A DNA stretch of 35,386 bases, taken from assembly GCA_049424145.1 (NCBI GenBank), contig JBMSSC010000012.1:1-35386 (forward strand), written 5' to 3'. Source of the DNA: Bdellovibrionia bacterium (lineage in GTDB: Bacteria; Bdellovibrionota; UBA1018). How positions within the stretch are numbered: position 1 is the first letter of the stretch; each line of letters starts with the position of its first letter. Under the pieces are notes generated by a model. That model was given only the letters and a program-made list of their open reading frames with translations. It was not told where the DNA came from and searched no databases. A program made the translations under genes and the position numbers. This document shows, piece after piece, positions 26,599-35,386 of this stretch.

Positions 26599-28446
26599 AT
26601 GAATATGATTCAATCAACTCGTCTCCGATTTTGTTTTGGGTTTTTGGTTCTCATCAGCTCTCTTGCTTTCTTAAGTCGCCCGAGTCATGCGTTAACCACT
26701 CAGGACGAGGAGCTCATGACAGCTGTTCGGATTGGAGACTTAAGGAAAGTCAGTCAGCTCATCGAAAAAGGGGCTAACGTCAATTTTTCAGGAAGTAGTG
26801 GAAATACTCCACTGATTCAGGCTGCAATTTTGGGAAATCACGATTTGGTTACCCTTTTGCTGAGAAAGGGAGCATCCCCGGAGCAGGCGAATCTTGATGG
26901 AAAAACAGCACTTCAACTCGCTCAAGTCTTAGATAAAAAAAGTGTGGTTCAAGCGCTCCTTCATGCGAGTGCTTCCGGTCGCTCTGGTTTAGATCAGAAG
27001 AACTCTGCTCCTGGGATGCGTCTCCAGACGGCCACGGGTGAGCTCAATGGAGTCGATGCAGCTTCAGGTAGTCGTGCGCTTGAGACAGGGGTGAAAGAAA
27101 TTTCCCGAGTTTTAAGTGAAAGTCAAAAGCAGGTCCAATCCATGAGTTCTCAGGGGGCCTGCGATGCTTGTCCAGATCAGTCGAAAGCTCTGGAGACTCA
27201 GGTGAGGAGGTCGCCCTTTAAGGTCCCCGTTGGCGTTGAACCCTCTGGAGGGGTAGGAAAGGAAAATCTGGCTCAGCAAAAAGAGAGCCAGTTGGAACCT
27301 CGACATCCGAAGGACCTGGTGATGGTTCAGGAGTCAAGCGTGAACCTTGAGGAGTGCCCTCAGGGATCTCAGATCTTCGATCACGCAGGAAAACGTTATT
27401 CGGAGAAGGATTTTGTTACCATTGGAGATCTGCACGGCAACTTTGCAAAGTTCATTGTTTTTTTGGTGAAAGAGGGAATCGCTCAGCTCTCCCACGAAAA
27501 CTGTCAGCGCCTTTTGGATTTCTATCACAAAGATCCCCAGGTGATAGCGATTCCGGTGCCTGAGGAGATCAAAAAAATCATTTCTGAAATTCAGATTAAA
27601 AACCCGCCTCAAGCCCCTAATATCAGACTCTTGGGAGATGAGTTGGCGGATCGAGGTAAGAATGATGCTCTGACTATGGAGCTGCTCAACCATCTGCATC
27701 GGTCCAAGAATCATTACGAGATTATCGTCTCTAATCACGGAGTGGACTTCTTAAGAATGGTATCGGGAATGCGTTCGGAGCTGGGTCTTGAGCACGTTTT
27801 GAGTAAAAGCCATGAGCCGACTGCTCAGGTCGTTGAGTATGCTGAGGCCAATGGGCTATTTGCGAAGTCGGCAACCGCACTTTATTTGCGTTGGATCAAA
27901 GACAAAGAGTATCGTCGAGAAGTGACCCAGTTTGTCCTGGATAATTATTTAAACCATCTGAAGCTCATCAGTGTGACTGACTACTCTGATTCTAGTTCAG
28001 CGTCAGCAAAGAAACCTGTTGTTTTCACGCATGCCCCAACAGACATTCCGAGTGTCTTTGCAGCAGCAGCAGCCTTGGGGGTCAATCGATCGAGGTTCTG
28101 TAGCAATCGGCAATTGGTCGAACGAAATATTGTCTATTGTGCGGATAAGATGAATCAGAGCTATCTTTCGAAGCTGAGAGCAGCTTTTGAAACTGTGCTG
28201 CCGGATGTTACGATTTTAGCGCAGACGAATGAGCAGGTTCATCCCCTTGCAGGTCTCTTTTGGAAGCGGCACGGGAGTGTTCAACAGGGGCCAGTGGAGA
28301 ATCGCTCATGGCGGTTTGCCAATGGTCACGACATCGGTAATACATCAGATTTTGAGCTCGACAATGAATTGGGAAAATACAGTTCTAAAGGTGAGTATCA
28401 GGTCATCAGACCCCAGGACTCCTACTCTCCGATCCGATCTCCCTAG
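26599..28446 (+). CDS. Secreted ankyrin-repeat + calcineurin-like metallophosphoesterase (Legionella WipA/WipB-like domain)
   Basis: Signal peptide ending PSHA; about 3 ankyrin repeats (GNTPLIQAA, GKTALQLA); motifs TIGDLHGN, LLGDELADRG, VSNHG, FTHAP and NGHD. Confidence 0.8.
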   Translation: MNMIQSTRLRFCFGFLVLISSLAFLSRPSHALTTQDEELMTAVRIGDLRKVSQLIEKGANVNFSGSSGNTPLIQAAILGNHDLVTLLLRKGASPEQANLDGKTALQLAQVLDKKSVVQALLHASASGRSGLDQKNSAPGMRLQTATGELNGVDAASGSRALETGVKEISRVLSESQKQVQSMSSQGACDACPDQSKALETQVRRSPFKVPVGVEPSGGVGKENLAQQKESQLEPRHPKDLVMVQESSVNLEECPQGSQIFDHAGKRYSEKDFVTIGDLHGNFAKFIVFLVKEGIAQLSHENCQRLLDFYHKDPQVIAIPVPEEIKKIISEIQIKNPPQAPNIRLLGDELADRGKNDALTMELLNHLHRSKNHYEIIVSNHGVDFLRMVSGMRSELGLEHVLSKSHEPTAQVVEYAEANGLFAKSATALYLRWIKDKEYRREVTQFVLDNYLNHLKLISVTDYSDSSSASAKKPVVFTHAPTDIPSVFAAAAALGVNRSRFCSNRQLVERNIVYCADKMNQSYLSKLRAAFETVLPDVTILAQTNEQVHPLAGLFWKRHGSVQQGPVENRSWRFANGHDIGNTSDFELDNELGKYSSKGEYQVIRPQDSYSPIRSP

Positions 28447-28589
28447 GGAAGTGTTCTTGCTTCAGGGGGAGGCTTAGGGCGGAAGCAGAGTGTCTTCATG
28501 ATTAAGATGGCTCTCAGTGAACGGGCCTGCTGAATGCAGGGTTTCGTGTCGTCGATCTTCAGGTTGCGTATTTGGTTTTTTCGGTTTTC

Positions 28590-29096
28590 TTAATTCTTAA
28601 TTACGATGAGTTCTTTTGAAACACTTCGAGTTGAATCGAATTGAAACTTCATTTGGATTCGGTTCTCTCCATCGGAGAGACTGATGTAGTCGGTTGAGAA
28701 TTTGTCTGTAGTTTCCATTTGAAAAACCGTTGCTGTGTCCTCATTGGTGCTGTTTTTTATGGAGATTTGGGGTGAAGAAGTTTCAATTTTTTGTTGAGAG
28801 TTTAGAGCGCAAATTGTGCCTGTGATTCGAATTTTTGAGGCCCGAGTCTGTTCAGTCTTTATTTTATTGCAGTCCAATTCAAGATCAAAGTAAGCAGACG
28901 GGGTTGAGGCCGGTAGTCTGCTGGATCCTTGGGATTGGATAGGGGATTCGGCAGGAAGCAGTGCTAGGGCTTCTTGGCTCGGGTACTCGTAGATTAAGTT
29001 GTAAAGCGAGTTGAAAAAGATCAAGGAAACCACAAGGACGATCACCACTTCGATCGGATTGGTCTTAAATCTTTTAACCTCAGGAATAGATTCCAT
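28590..29096 (-). CDS. Hypothetical membrane-anchored protein with C-terminal beta-rich domain
   Basis: One N-terminal TM, RLPAS linker, Cys pair and FSTDYISLSDGENRI. This layout is common in Bdellovibrionota hypotheticals. Confidence 0.7.
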   Translation of the reverse strand: MESIPEVKRFKTNPIEVVIVLVVSLIFFNSLYNLIYEYPSQEALALLPAESPIQSQGSSRLPASTPSAYFDLELDCNKIKTEQTRASKIRITGTICALNSQQKIETSSPQISIKNSTNEDTATVFQMETTDKFSTDYISLSDGENRIQMKFQFDSTRSVSKELIVIKN

Positions 29097-29104
29097 ACAG
29101 AGGT

Positions 29105-29131
29105 CTATCGGAAAAAATCATGAGAACTTGA
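29105..29131 (-). promoter_or_regulatory. Sigma28-type promoter directly upstream of the 168-aa gene
   Basis: Minus strand TCAA-N15-TCCGATAG, 8 nt before ATG29096. Confidence 0.6.
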
Positions 29132-29232
29132 GTGAGACAGTCTTTCTTCAGAGGTTTTGTTCTCCACCCCCTTTTGAGGGCGACTCAGGTGAAACTTTAA
29201 TTTCCCAATGAAATCGAGTACTCTGAAAAAAT

Positions 29233-31329
29233 ATGGATACATTAGGTCAAACAGCGCTTTGGGTGGCTGTGACAAGCTTTTCTCTGGGGTTTTCCGTTCT
29301 TTCCAGAAACGTCAGAAATAAACTTTTTTTGGCCTTTGCTTCCTTAACAACCGTAGTTTCTGCTTGGTCTTTAACCTTTTTTCTTGAAAAAATCGGGTGG
29401 GGATCGGGTTTTTATCAGCTCCATCTCTTTTTCAATGTTTTACTGGGTCCAGTGGGCTTAGTCTTTATCCGGGTCTTAGTTCGGATCCAGGATTCCCTCA
29501 GTCGACGCCTGTTACATGGAACTTCGTTTTTGGCGGCTGTTCTCTCCGTAGCCCTTTTATTTCAGTTCGACGAGACCATTTGGGTGAGGCAGCTGATTTA
29601 TTTCTTACCCGCTGTCCTTTGGTTTCAGATCATTTATTTGATGTGGATTGACCAGCGGCTCCTGCAGGGGATCAAGCGCATTCCTAAGATGCCAACAGTG
29701 GGCCTGGGTCGGAAGAATTTTATCTACTTTGGTGGCCTCTTGGTCTTATCGCTTTGTTTTATGGATCACATTCCCGAGTTGGGCGTGATTCTTCCTTCGG
29801 TTGGAAATTTATCGCTGGCGGCCTATCTTTTTTTTCTCAGTCAGGCCATCACTCAACAGAGGTTGTTAAACATTGGGGCGCTGTTCTCTCGCTCCTTAGT
29901 CCTGCTTGTGGTAGCCCTGACTCTGACGGCTCTGTATTCCGTCTTAGTGGCGTGGATTGAGAATAGTCCTGGGCTTTTTTTTCTGAATTCCTTTATTGCC
30001 TCGTTTCTGATTCTCATGCTGTTGGATCCCTTACGGACGTTTGTGGGGTACTTCACGCAGCGTCTTTTGAGTCAAAAGCATCGGAAGCTTCAACAGACTC
30101 TTAGGGAGGCTCAAAGAAGGCTGATCGGGATTGTGGATTTAGGGTCCCTGTTTCAAGCCGTGTTACAGACCTCTGAGCAGGTCTTTCATCCGCGATGGAC
30201 GGCGTTTTTTGTGCTCTGTGCGGAGGGAACGAAGTTTAGGCGAGTGCGTTCGGCCGGGGATGAGCCCGTGAGTCTTAACGGGAGTAGCTCGGAGGGCGTT
30301 TTTAAGGAGCTTTTAGCCAATCACTTGATCCTCAAGCACTGCGAGCAGCAAGCTAAAGCAGGAAAGTTTCCAGTTCTTTTGGATCAGGTCTTAGAGAACG
30401 AGATCGATCGCTCGGCCAGTCGGCTCCAGAGAGAGTATTTTGGGAATCTCATTGAAGGGTTGCAGGCACTAGGCTGTAACCTATTGATCCCGCTCTATGA
30501 TTCTGGGAAAATTCTGGGATTTGTGACTCTTTTAGTTCCCACTCCACCTGAGCCTTGGGAGAATAACTGGGGGTTTCTACCGGTCGTTTACCCTTATTTT
30601 GAGCAAGTGGCCCAAACGATGCAGAACATGGAGGTCTACGCTCGCAGAAGAGAAAAGGAGCGTTTGGCAGCTTTAGGCGAAATGGCCGCAGGGCTTGCCC
30701 ATGAGATTCGGAATCCCCTCGGGGCAATTAAGGGGGCTGCCCAATTTTTGGATCCCAGTGCAGATCGACCCGAGAGTCGGTTCTTAAAAATTATCATTGA
30801 GGAAGTGGATCGCCTCAATCAGGTGGTCACCGATTTTTTGGACTACTCCAAGCCTTTTTCCTCAGAAATGGTGGCTGTGGACCTCTCCAAGTTATCGGAG
30901 AAAACGGTGGAGTTCATGCGGCCGTCCATTCGGCCCGAGCTCGTGCTTGAGGTTCACTCCTCACGGGAGAAGGCAATGGTTTTGGCCTCAGGAGAGAAAA
31001 TGCGGCAGGTCTTAATTAATCTCATTCAGAATGCTCAGAACGCCCTTGAGAGCAGATCCTCAGGTTTGATTCGAGTCCGTGTATCCGTGGGAGGGGATTT
31101 TCAAGACGAAGGAGTCGTACTCAGCGTGGAGGATACCGGAGTGGGGATCAAAAAAGAGAACTTAGAGAAGCTGTTTATTCCCTTCTTTACAACGTCTCCA
31201 CGAGGCACCGGCTTGGGACTTTCGATTTCTCAAAAAATTGTCGAGGCTCATCGGGGTCGAATGGAAGTGGTGAGCGAAGAGGGGCGCTTTACTCGAGTTT
31301 CTGTGATACTCCCTCTGTTAAAGGAGTAA
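29233..31329 (+). CDS. Multi-TM sensor histidine kinase with GAF-like domain
   Basis: About 8-9 N-terminal TMs; LAALGEMAAGLAHEIRNPL, NLIQNA, DTGVGI, PFFTT and GTGLGL. Confidence 0.95.
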   Translation: MDTLGQTALWVAVTSFSLGFSVLSRNVRNKLFLAFASLTTVVSAWSLTFFLEKIGWGSGFYQLHLFFNVLLGPVGLVFIRVLVRIQDSLSRRLLHGTSFLAAVLSVALLFQFDETIWVRQLIYFLPAVLWFQIIYLMWIDQRLLQGIKRIPKMPTVGLGRKNFIYFGGLLVLSLCFMDHIPELGVILPSVGNLSLAAYLFFLSQAITQQRLLNIGALFSRSLVLLVVALTLTALYSVLVAWIENSPGLFFLNSFIASFLILMLLDPLRTFVGYFTQRLLSQKHRKLQQTLREAQRRLIGIVDLGSLFQAVLQTSEQVFHPRWTAFFVLCAEGTKFRRVRSAGDEPVSLNGSSSEGVFKELLANHLILKHCEQQAKAGKFPVLLDQVLENEIDRSASRLQREYFGNLIEGLQALGCNLLIPLYDSGKILGFVTLLVPTPPEPWENNWGFLPVVYPYFEQVAQTMQNMEVYARRREKERLAALGEMAAGLAHEIRNPLGAIKGAAQFLDPSADRPESRFLKIIIEEVDRLNQVVTDFLDYSKPFSSEMVAVDLSKLSEKTVEFMRPSIRPELVLEVHSSREKAMVLASGEKMRQVLINLIQNAQNALESRSSGLIRVRVSVGGDFQDEGVVLSVEDTGVGIKKENLEKLFIPFFTTSPRGTGLGLSISQKIVEAHRGRMEVVSEEGRFTRVSVILPLLKE

Positions 31330-31336
31330 ACACCCA

Positions 31337-32746
31337 GTGCAAGGTCGTGTCCTTGTTGTTGATGATGAAAAGAATATCACCTTTGTGATTCAGGCCATGC
31401 TTGAGAAGGCTGGCTTTGAGCCCTTAGTTTTTAACGATGGAAAGCAGGCGTTAGAGGCGCTCGATTCAGAAGAGGTGGATCTTGTGATTACGGATCTTTA
31501 TATGCCGGGCCTAGGTGGGATGGAGGTGCTGCAGTTTTGTCAAAAGCATCACCCTGTTTTACCCGTGGTGGTGATCACCGCTTTTGGAACGGTGGAGGCT
31601 GCGGTGAGCTCGCTTAAGGCGGGAGCTTTTGATTTTATTACCAAGCCTTTTGATCAGAATGAACTTCTGACTGTGGTGAAAAAAGCGGTGGCCACTCATC
31701 ACCAGCGACAAAAAGAACCCATCGTCTTTAATCTCCCCTTCGGCGGCAGTGGGCAAGTTCCTCAACAGGAGTCAGCCGTTTCCATTTCCTCGATCATTGG
31801 CTCCTCGGAGCCTATGCAGGAGGTTTTTAAGCTCATTGGTAAAATCTCTCAGTCGCCATCGACCGTTTTAGTTTGGGGTGAAAGCGGAACAGGAAAAGAG
31901 CTCGTGGCCTTTGAGATTCACAGAAACTCAACTCGGGCTCAGAAGCCCTTTATTAAGATCAATTGTGCAGCAATTCCAGGAACCTTAATTGAAAGTGAGC
32001 TGTTTGGCTATGAAAAGGGAGCCTTCACGGGGGCTGTGGCTTCAAAACCAGGCCGATTTGAATTGGCTCATGAGGGCACCCTTTTTTTAGATGAAGTGGG
32101 AGAGATGCCACTGGAAATGCAGGTGAAGTTGCTCAGGGTCCTACAAGAGCAGGAGTTTGAACGAGTGGGGGGAGTTAATACCATTCGCGTGGACGTGCGC
32201 ATCATTGCAGCGACGAATAAGGATTTAAAAGAAGAAGTTAAGGCGGGCCGATTCAGAGAGGATCTCTTTTATCGCCTTAATGTCGTGCCTATCGATTTAC
32301 CCGCATTACGAGACCGCAAGGAAGATATTGACTTGCTGATTCCCTATTTTCTCCATCAATTCAATCAAAAGCTGATGCGCGGGGTGACCGGAATTGCGCC
32401 TGAAACATTGGCAGCGCTGAAGCAGTATAGTTGGCCGGGGAACATCCGGCAGCTGGAAAATGTTCTTGAGCGCATGGTGTTGATGTGCGAGGGACAAGTT
32501 TTAGGAAATGAGGATCTTCCGGATGAGTTTGTAGTGGATGCTCCGGGAGCCTTGGCTCAGGGTGAAGAGGGGGAGTCGAGTTTGAAGCAAATTGTGAAGC
32601 GTCAGACTCGAGCGTTGGAAAAGGAACTGATTGAAAAGGCGCTTGAGGAAACCTCGGGCAATGTGACCCGTGCAGCAGAGAAACTGGGGCTTTCGAGAAA
32701 AGGCCTTCAGTTGAAGATGAAAGAGCTGGGTTTAGTGCGAAGGTAA
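31337..32746 (+). CDS. Sigma54-dependent NtrC-family response regulator (REC-AAA+-Fis HTH)
   Basis: VLVVDDE, TDLYMP, GESGTGKE, GAFTGA, FLDEVG, FREDLFYRL, WPGNIRQL and a GNVTRAAEKLG HTH. Confidence 0.97.
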   Translation: MQGRVLVVDDEKNITFVIQAMLEKAGFEPLVFNDGKQALEALDSEEVDLVITDLYMPGLGGMEVLQFCQKHHPVLPVVVITAFGTVEAAVSSLKAGAFDFITKPFDQNELLTVVKKAVATHHQRQKEPIVFNLPFGGSGQVPQQESAVSISSIIGSSEPMQEVFKLIGKISQSPSTVLVWGESGTGKELVAFEIHRNSTRAQKPFIKINCAAIPGTLIESELFGYEKGAFTGAVASKPGRFELAHEGTLFLDEVGEMPLEMQVKLLRVLQEQEFERVGGVNTIRVDVRIIAATNKDLKEEVKAGRFREDLFYRLNVVPIDLPALRDRKEDIDLLIPYFLHQFNQKLMRGVTGIAPETLAALKQYSWPGNIRQLENVLERMVLMCEGQVLGNEDLPDEFVVDAPGALAQGEEGESSLKQIVKRQTRALEKELIEKALEETSGNVTRAAEKLGLSRKGLQLKMKELGLVRR

Positions 32747-32793
32747 AAAAAAAGCCCTGCGCAGGTCCAAGACTCAGCGTAGGGCTTTTTTTT
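32745..32793. terminator. Bidirectional intrinsic terminator
   Basis: A9-GCCCTGCGC...GCGTAGGGC-T8 between convergent genes. Confidence 0.85.
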
Positions 32794-32817
32794 CTTTCCT
32801 TCTTGAGGTCGTTCGCC

Positions 32818-34122
32818 TTATGGGAACAGTCCGCGCAAGAGCATCGCGCGATTGAGGCGATCCACTCCTGAGATCATTGCAGCGGTTTTCATGCCGCACT
32901 GATAGTGTTCACGGATGTCGATGACCTTTTTAAAGGCATTCTCCATCACGGCAGCAAGCTTTGCGTTCACTTCTTTTTCACTCCAGAAGAAGTTTTGCAT
33001 CCCTTGCACCCACTCAAAGTACGACACAATCACTCCCCCGGCGTTGCAGAGAATGTCTGGAATCACAAAAACGCCCCGATCTTCCAGTTCTTTCAATGCA
33101 TCCGAGGTAATCGGTCCGTTTGCCCCTTCAGCAATAATTTGAGCGCGCACTTGGCCCACATTCTTGGAGGTGATGACCCCGTCAATGGCCGCAGGGATAA
33201 GAATATCCACTGGGGTAGCCAGCAGTTCCTCATTGCTCAGGGGATCGGCTTCGGTGTAACCCACGAGCGTGCGGTGCTTGTTCATGTACTTGATCACATC
33301 CGGGATGTTCAAACCACTTTTGCGATACAGGCCCCCGCTGACATCGCTGATGGCCACAACCTTGGTGCCGAGTTGATGGATTTCTAAAGCGGCGACGGCA
33401 CCGACTTTTCCAAATCCATGAACTGAAACCGTAGTGGAGGAGTCCATCTTGGGCCCTGGTTTCCCCTTGTCCTTCAGATGCTTGGCTGCGTGTTGAATGG
33501 TATAGACCACCCCTCGTCCGGTGCTCTCAGCTCGGCCTAAGGATCCCCCGATTTCAATGGGCTTTCCCGTGACCACGCCAGGAACTGCAAACCCTTTTTC
33601 CTGGGAAAACGTATCCATCATCCAAGCCATGTGCTGAGCATCGGTACCCACATCGGGAGCCGGGATGTCTTTATCTGGGCCGATGATCATATTGATTTCG
33701 CTGGTGAAGCGTCGGGTTAAGCCCTGTGCCTCTTGGCGAGATAGCTTGGTTGGGTCAACGCGAATGCCCCCTTTGGCTCCACCTAACGGGAGTCCTACTA
33801 AGGAACACTTAAACGTCATGAGCATGGCCAGTCCTGCCACCTCCGAGAGGTTCACCTCAGGGTGAAAGCGAATGCCGCCTTTTCCGGGCCCAAGGGTCAT
33901 GTTGTGTTGGACGCGGTATCCTTCAAAACACTTGATGCTCCCGTCATCCAAGCGAACGGGGATGCTTACGATGAGGGCTCGTTTAGGTACCTTGAGTCGT
34001 TCTGCAATGTTAGGATCGAGCCGCATGGTGTTTGCAGCTTCCTGAAGTTCAATAACGGCATTCCGATAAAGATCGCTCGAATGCCAGAGTTGGTGCGTCA
34101 GTGTACCGTTGTTTTCAGACAT
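32818..34122 (-). CDS. gdhA: Glu/Leu/Phe/Val dehydrogenase, most likely glutamate dehydrogenase
   Basis: GYRVQHN, GPGKGGIRFHP, LPLGGAKGG, DIPAPDVGT, VVTGKP, GFGKVG, EGANGP and NAGGVIVSYFEW. Likely start ATG34122. Confidence 0.95.
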   Translation of the reverse strand: MSENNGTLTHQLWHSSDLYRNAVIELQEAANTMRLDPNIAERLKVPKRALIVSIPVRLDDGSIKCFEGYRVQHNMTLGPGKGGIRFHPEVNLSEVAGLAMLMTFKCSLVGLPLGGAKGGIRVDPTKLSRQEAQGLTRRFTSEINMIIGPDKDIPAPDVGTDAQHMAWMMDTFSQEKGFAVPGVVTGKPIEIGGSLGRAESTGRGVVYTIQHAAKHLKDKGKPGPKMDSSTTVSVHGFGKVGAVAALEIHQLGTKVVAISDVSGGLYRKSGLNIPDVIKYMNKHRTLVGYTEADPLSNEELLATPVDILIPAAIDGVITSKNVGQVRAQIIAEGANGPITSDALKELEDRGVFVIPDILCNAGGVIVSYFEWVQGMQNFFWSEKEVNAKLAAVMENAFKKVIDIREHYQCGMKTAAMISGVDRLNRAMLLRGLFP

Positions 34123-34194
34123 GATTTTTCTTCCTTTAAGGGACATGTTTACTATAAAATCCGGGTGAAGCAACTTAAAGAGCAGGGAGATTTC

Positions 34195-35289
34195 ATGGAA
34201 AAGCAAAAAAAAATCCGAGTTTTAGTCCTTTATGGCGGAAAATCAGGAGAGCATGAGATCTCACTTCGTTCAGCGGCTTCGGTGATTCGACATTTGGATC
34301 GCTCTCGGTTTGATGTGATGGCGGTGGGGATCAGTAAGTCCGGAGAATGGAAAGAGACGGATTTAAAGGGCTTCGACCCAGCAGCTAGTTCTCTTGAGAT
34401 TTCAAAGAGTTCAGTCTCAATGGTCATGGGGGATTTGAAGCGCTTGGCTCCTGATGTGGTGTTTCCTGTGATGCACGGGCCTCTTTGCGAGGATGGTTGT
34501 ATCCAGGGGCTTTTCGAGTTGGCTGAGGTTGCTTATGTCGGGCCTGGGGTCTTGGCCTCGGCCGTAGGAATGGATAAGGAAGTGGCCAAACGCTTGGTTC
34601 GGGACGCAGGCCTTCCGATTGTGCCTTATGCAGTGATTCGTCACGGGGAGTGGGCTCATGGCGGCTCCTCTGTGATTCAGAAAAAGCTTCAGGATCTCCC
34701 TTATCCCTTGTTCGTGAAGCCCGCTAATTTAGGTTCAAGCGTTGGCGTTCATAAGGTGAAAAAGCCCGAACAGCTTCAGGCCGCCTTAGAGGATGCATTT
34801 CGGTTTGATTCCAAAGTGCTCATCGAGCAGGGCATTGATGCACGAGAAATTGAATTTGCCGTTTTAGAAAACTCCCAGTTTGGTAGTCCTGCGCTAGTGA
34901 GTCTTGCAGGTGAAATTCAACCCACCCATGAGTTTTACTCCTATGAGGCCAAGTATTTGGATGACCAGGGAGCTAAACTCTCAATCCCAGCCAGTTTAAC
35001 GCCCAAGCAATTGGAGGAGGCTGCTCAAATTGCTCGCCAAGCCTTTGAAGTGCTTGAGTGTGAAGGCATGGCTCGTGTGGATTTATTTTTGGATCGAAAA
35101 ACAGGTCTCTTTTACTTCAATGAAGTCAATACGATTCCTGGATTTACCTCCATTAGCATGTACCCCAAGCTTTGGGAACACTCCGGGATCGGCTACTCAG
35201 AGCTTTTGAGCAGGCTTGTGGATCTAGCTCGAGCTCGTCACGCCCGCAAGCAGGCTTTCGTTCGAAGTTATCAAGGGGAGTCAGTTTAG
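34195..35289 (+). CDS. ddl: D-alanine--D-alanine ligase
   Basis: YGGKSGEHEISL, PVMHGPLCEDG, MDK, VKPANLGSSVG, FYSYEAKY and NEVNTIPG. The true start is ATG34195 after GGGAGA; the ORF-track extension overlaps gdhA. Confidence 0.96.
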   Translation: MEKQKKIRVLVLYGGKSGEHEISLRSAASVIRHLDRSRFDVMAVGISKSGEWKETDLKGFDPAASSLEISKSSVSMVMGDLKRLAPDVVFPVMHGPLCEDGCIQGLFELAEVAYVGPGVLASAVGMDKEVAKRLVRDAGLPIVPYAVIRHGEWAHGGSSVIQKKLQDLPYPLFVKPANLGSSVGVHKVKKPEQLQAALEDAFRFDSKVLIEQGIDAREIEFAVLENSQFGSPALVSLAGEIQPTHEFYSYEAKYLDDQGAKLSIPASLTPKQLEEAAQIARQAFEVLECEGMARVDLFLDRKTGLFYFNEVNTIPGFTSISMYPKLWEHSGIGYSELLSRLVDLARARHARKQAFVRSYQGESV

Positions 35290-35386
35290 GGTCGTTAGGC
35301 CTGTGAATTTATTATCTAAATATTGTAGAAAGTGCAATACCCCATCTGAATGATTTCGTGCTTTTTAAAAAAGTCTGAGACAGGTG

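Noticed and set aside
29233..32746. PEP-CTERM PrsK/PrsR or NtrB/NtrC assignment
   Set aside because: The H-box AHEIRNPL differs from the PrsK-type HDLKN, the multi-TM sensor is unlike NtrB, and there is no exosortase or glnA context. Left at family level.
33881..33900. Partial resemblance of gdh sequence (CCGGGCCCAAGG) to the putative TnpB guide
   Set aside because: Short and needs a gap; expected by chance.
33862..34206. Long overlapping N-terminal extensions of ddl and gdhA (likewise sco 3060 and ATPase 21018)
   Set aside because: Artefacts of longest-ORF calling; starts at 34195, 34122, 3177 and 20922 remove the overlaps.
34195..35289. VanA-type D-Ala-D-Lac ligase
   Set aside because: The omega loop FYSYEAKY is D-Ala-D-Ala type and there are no van cluster genes.

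Overview
This is a bacterial chromosomal segment, most likely from Bdellovibrionota. That inference rests on a Bdellovibrio-type fibre adhesin N-domain, a short 277-aa MGLRIN-type flagellin and RxPAS-motif membrane proteins. In order it holds: two hypothetical genes; heme O/A synthesis genes (cyoE and a truncated ctaA-like gene) divergent from an A2-type caa3 cytochrome c oxidase operon (sco-coxB-coxA-coxC, plus coxD fused to two extra heme-c domains); a ~1250-aa repeat-rich fibre adhesin with an FGE/C-type-lectin-like tip; a sigma54-driven single-domain receiver next to a hybrid Hpt kinase; a PAP2 phosphatase; an operon of two ArsA/Get3-like ATPases, a TPR protein and gshA; lpoB with a COG3014-like lipoprotein; trmB; a sigma28/CsrA-controlled flagellin; a decayed IS200/IS605 tnpB fragment retaining omegaRNA-like hairpins; a secreted ankyrin + Legionella Wip-like metallophosphatase; a membrane kinase/NtrC-family pair; a glutamate dehydrogenase; and ddl. 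The most unusual items are the secreted Ank-Wip phosphatase, the tnpB/omegaRNA relic just upstream of the flagellin promoter, the fibre with its lectin-like tip and stepwise repeat expansion, and the re-engineered oxidase (subunit IV-diheme fusion, half CtaA). I saw no rRNA, tRNA, CRISPR array or reverse transcriptase. All calls come from motif recognition by eye; no searches were run.
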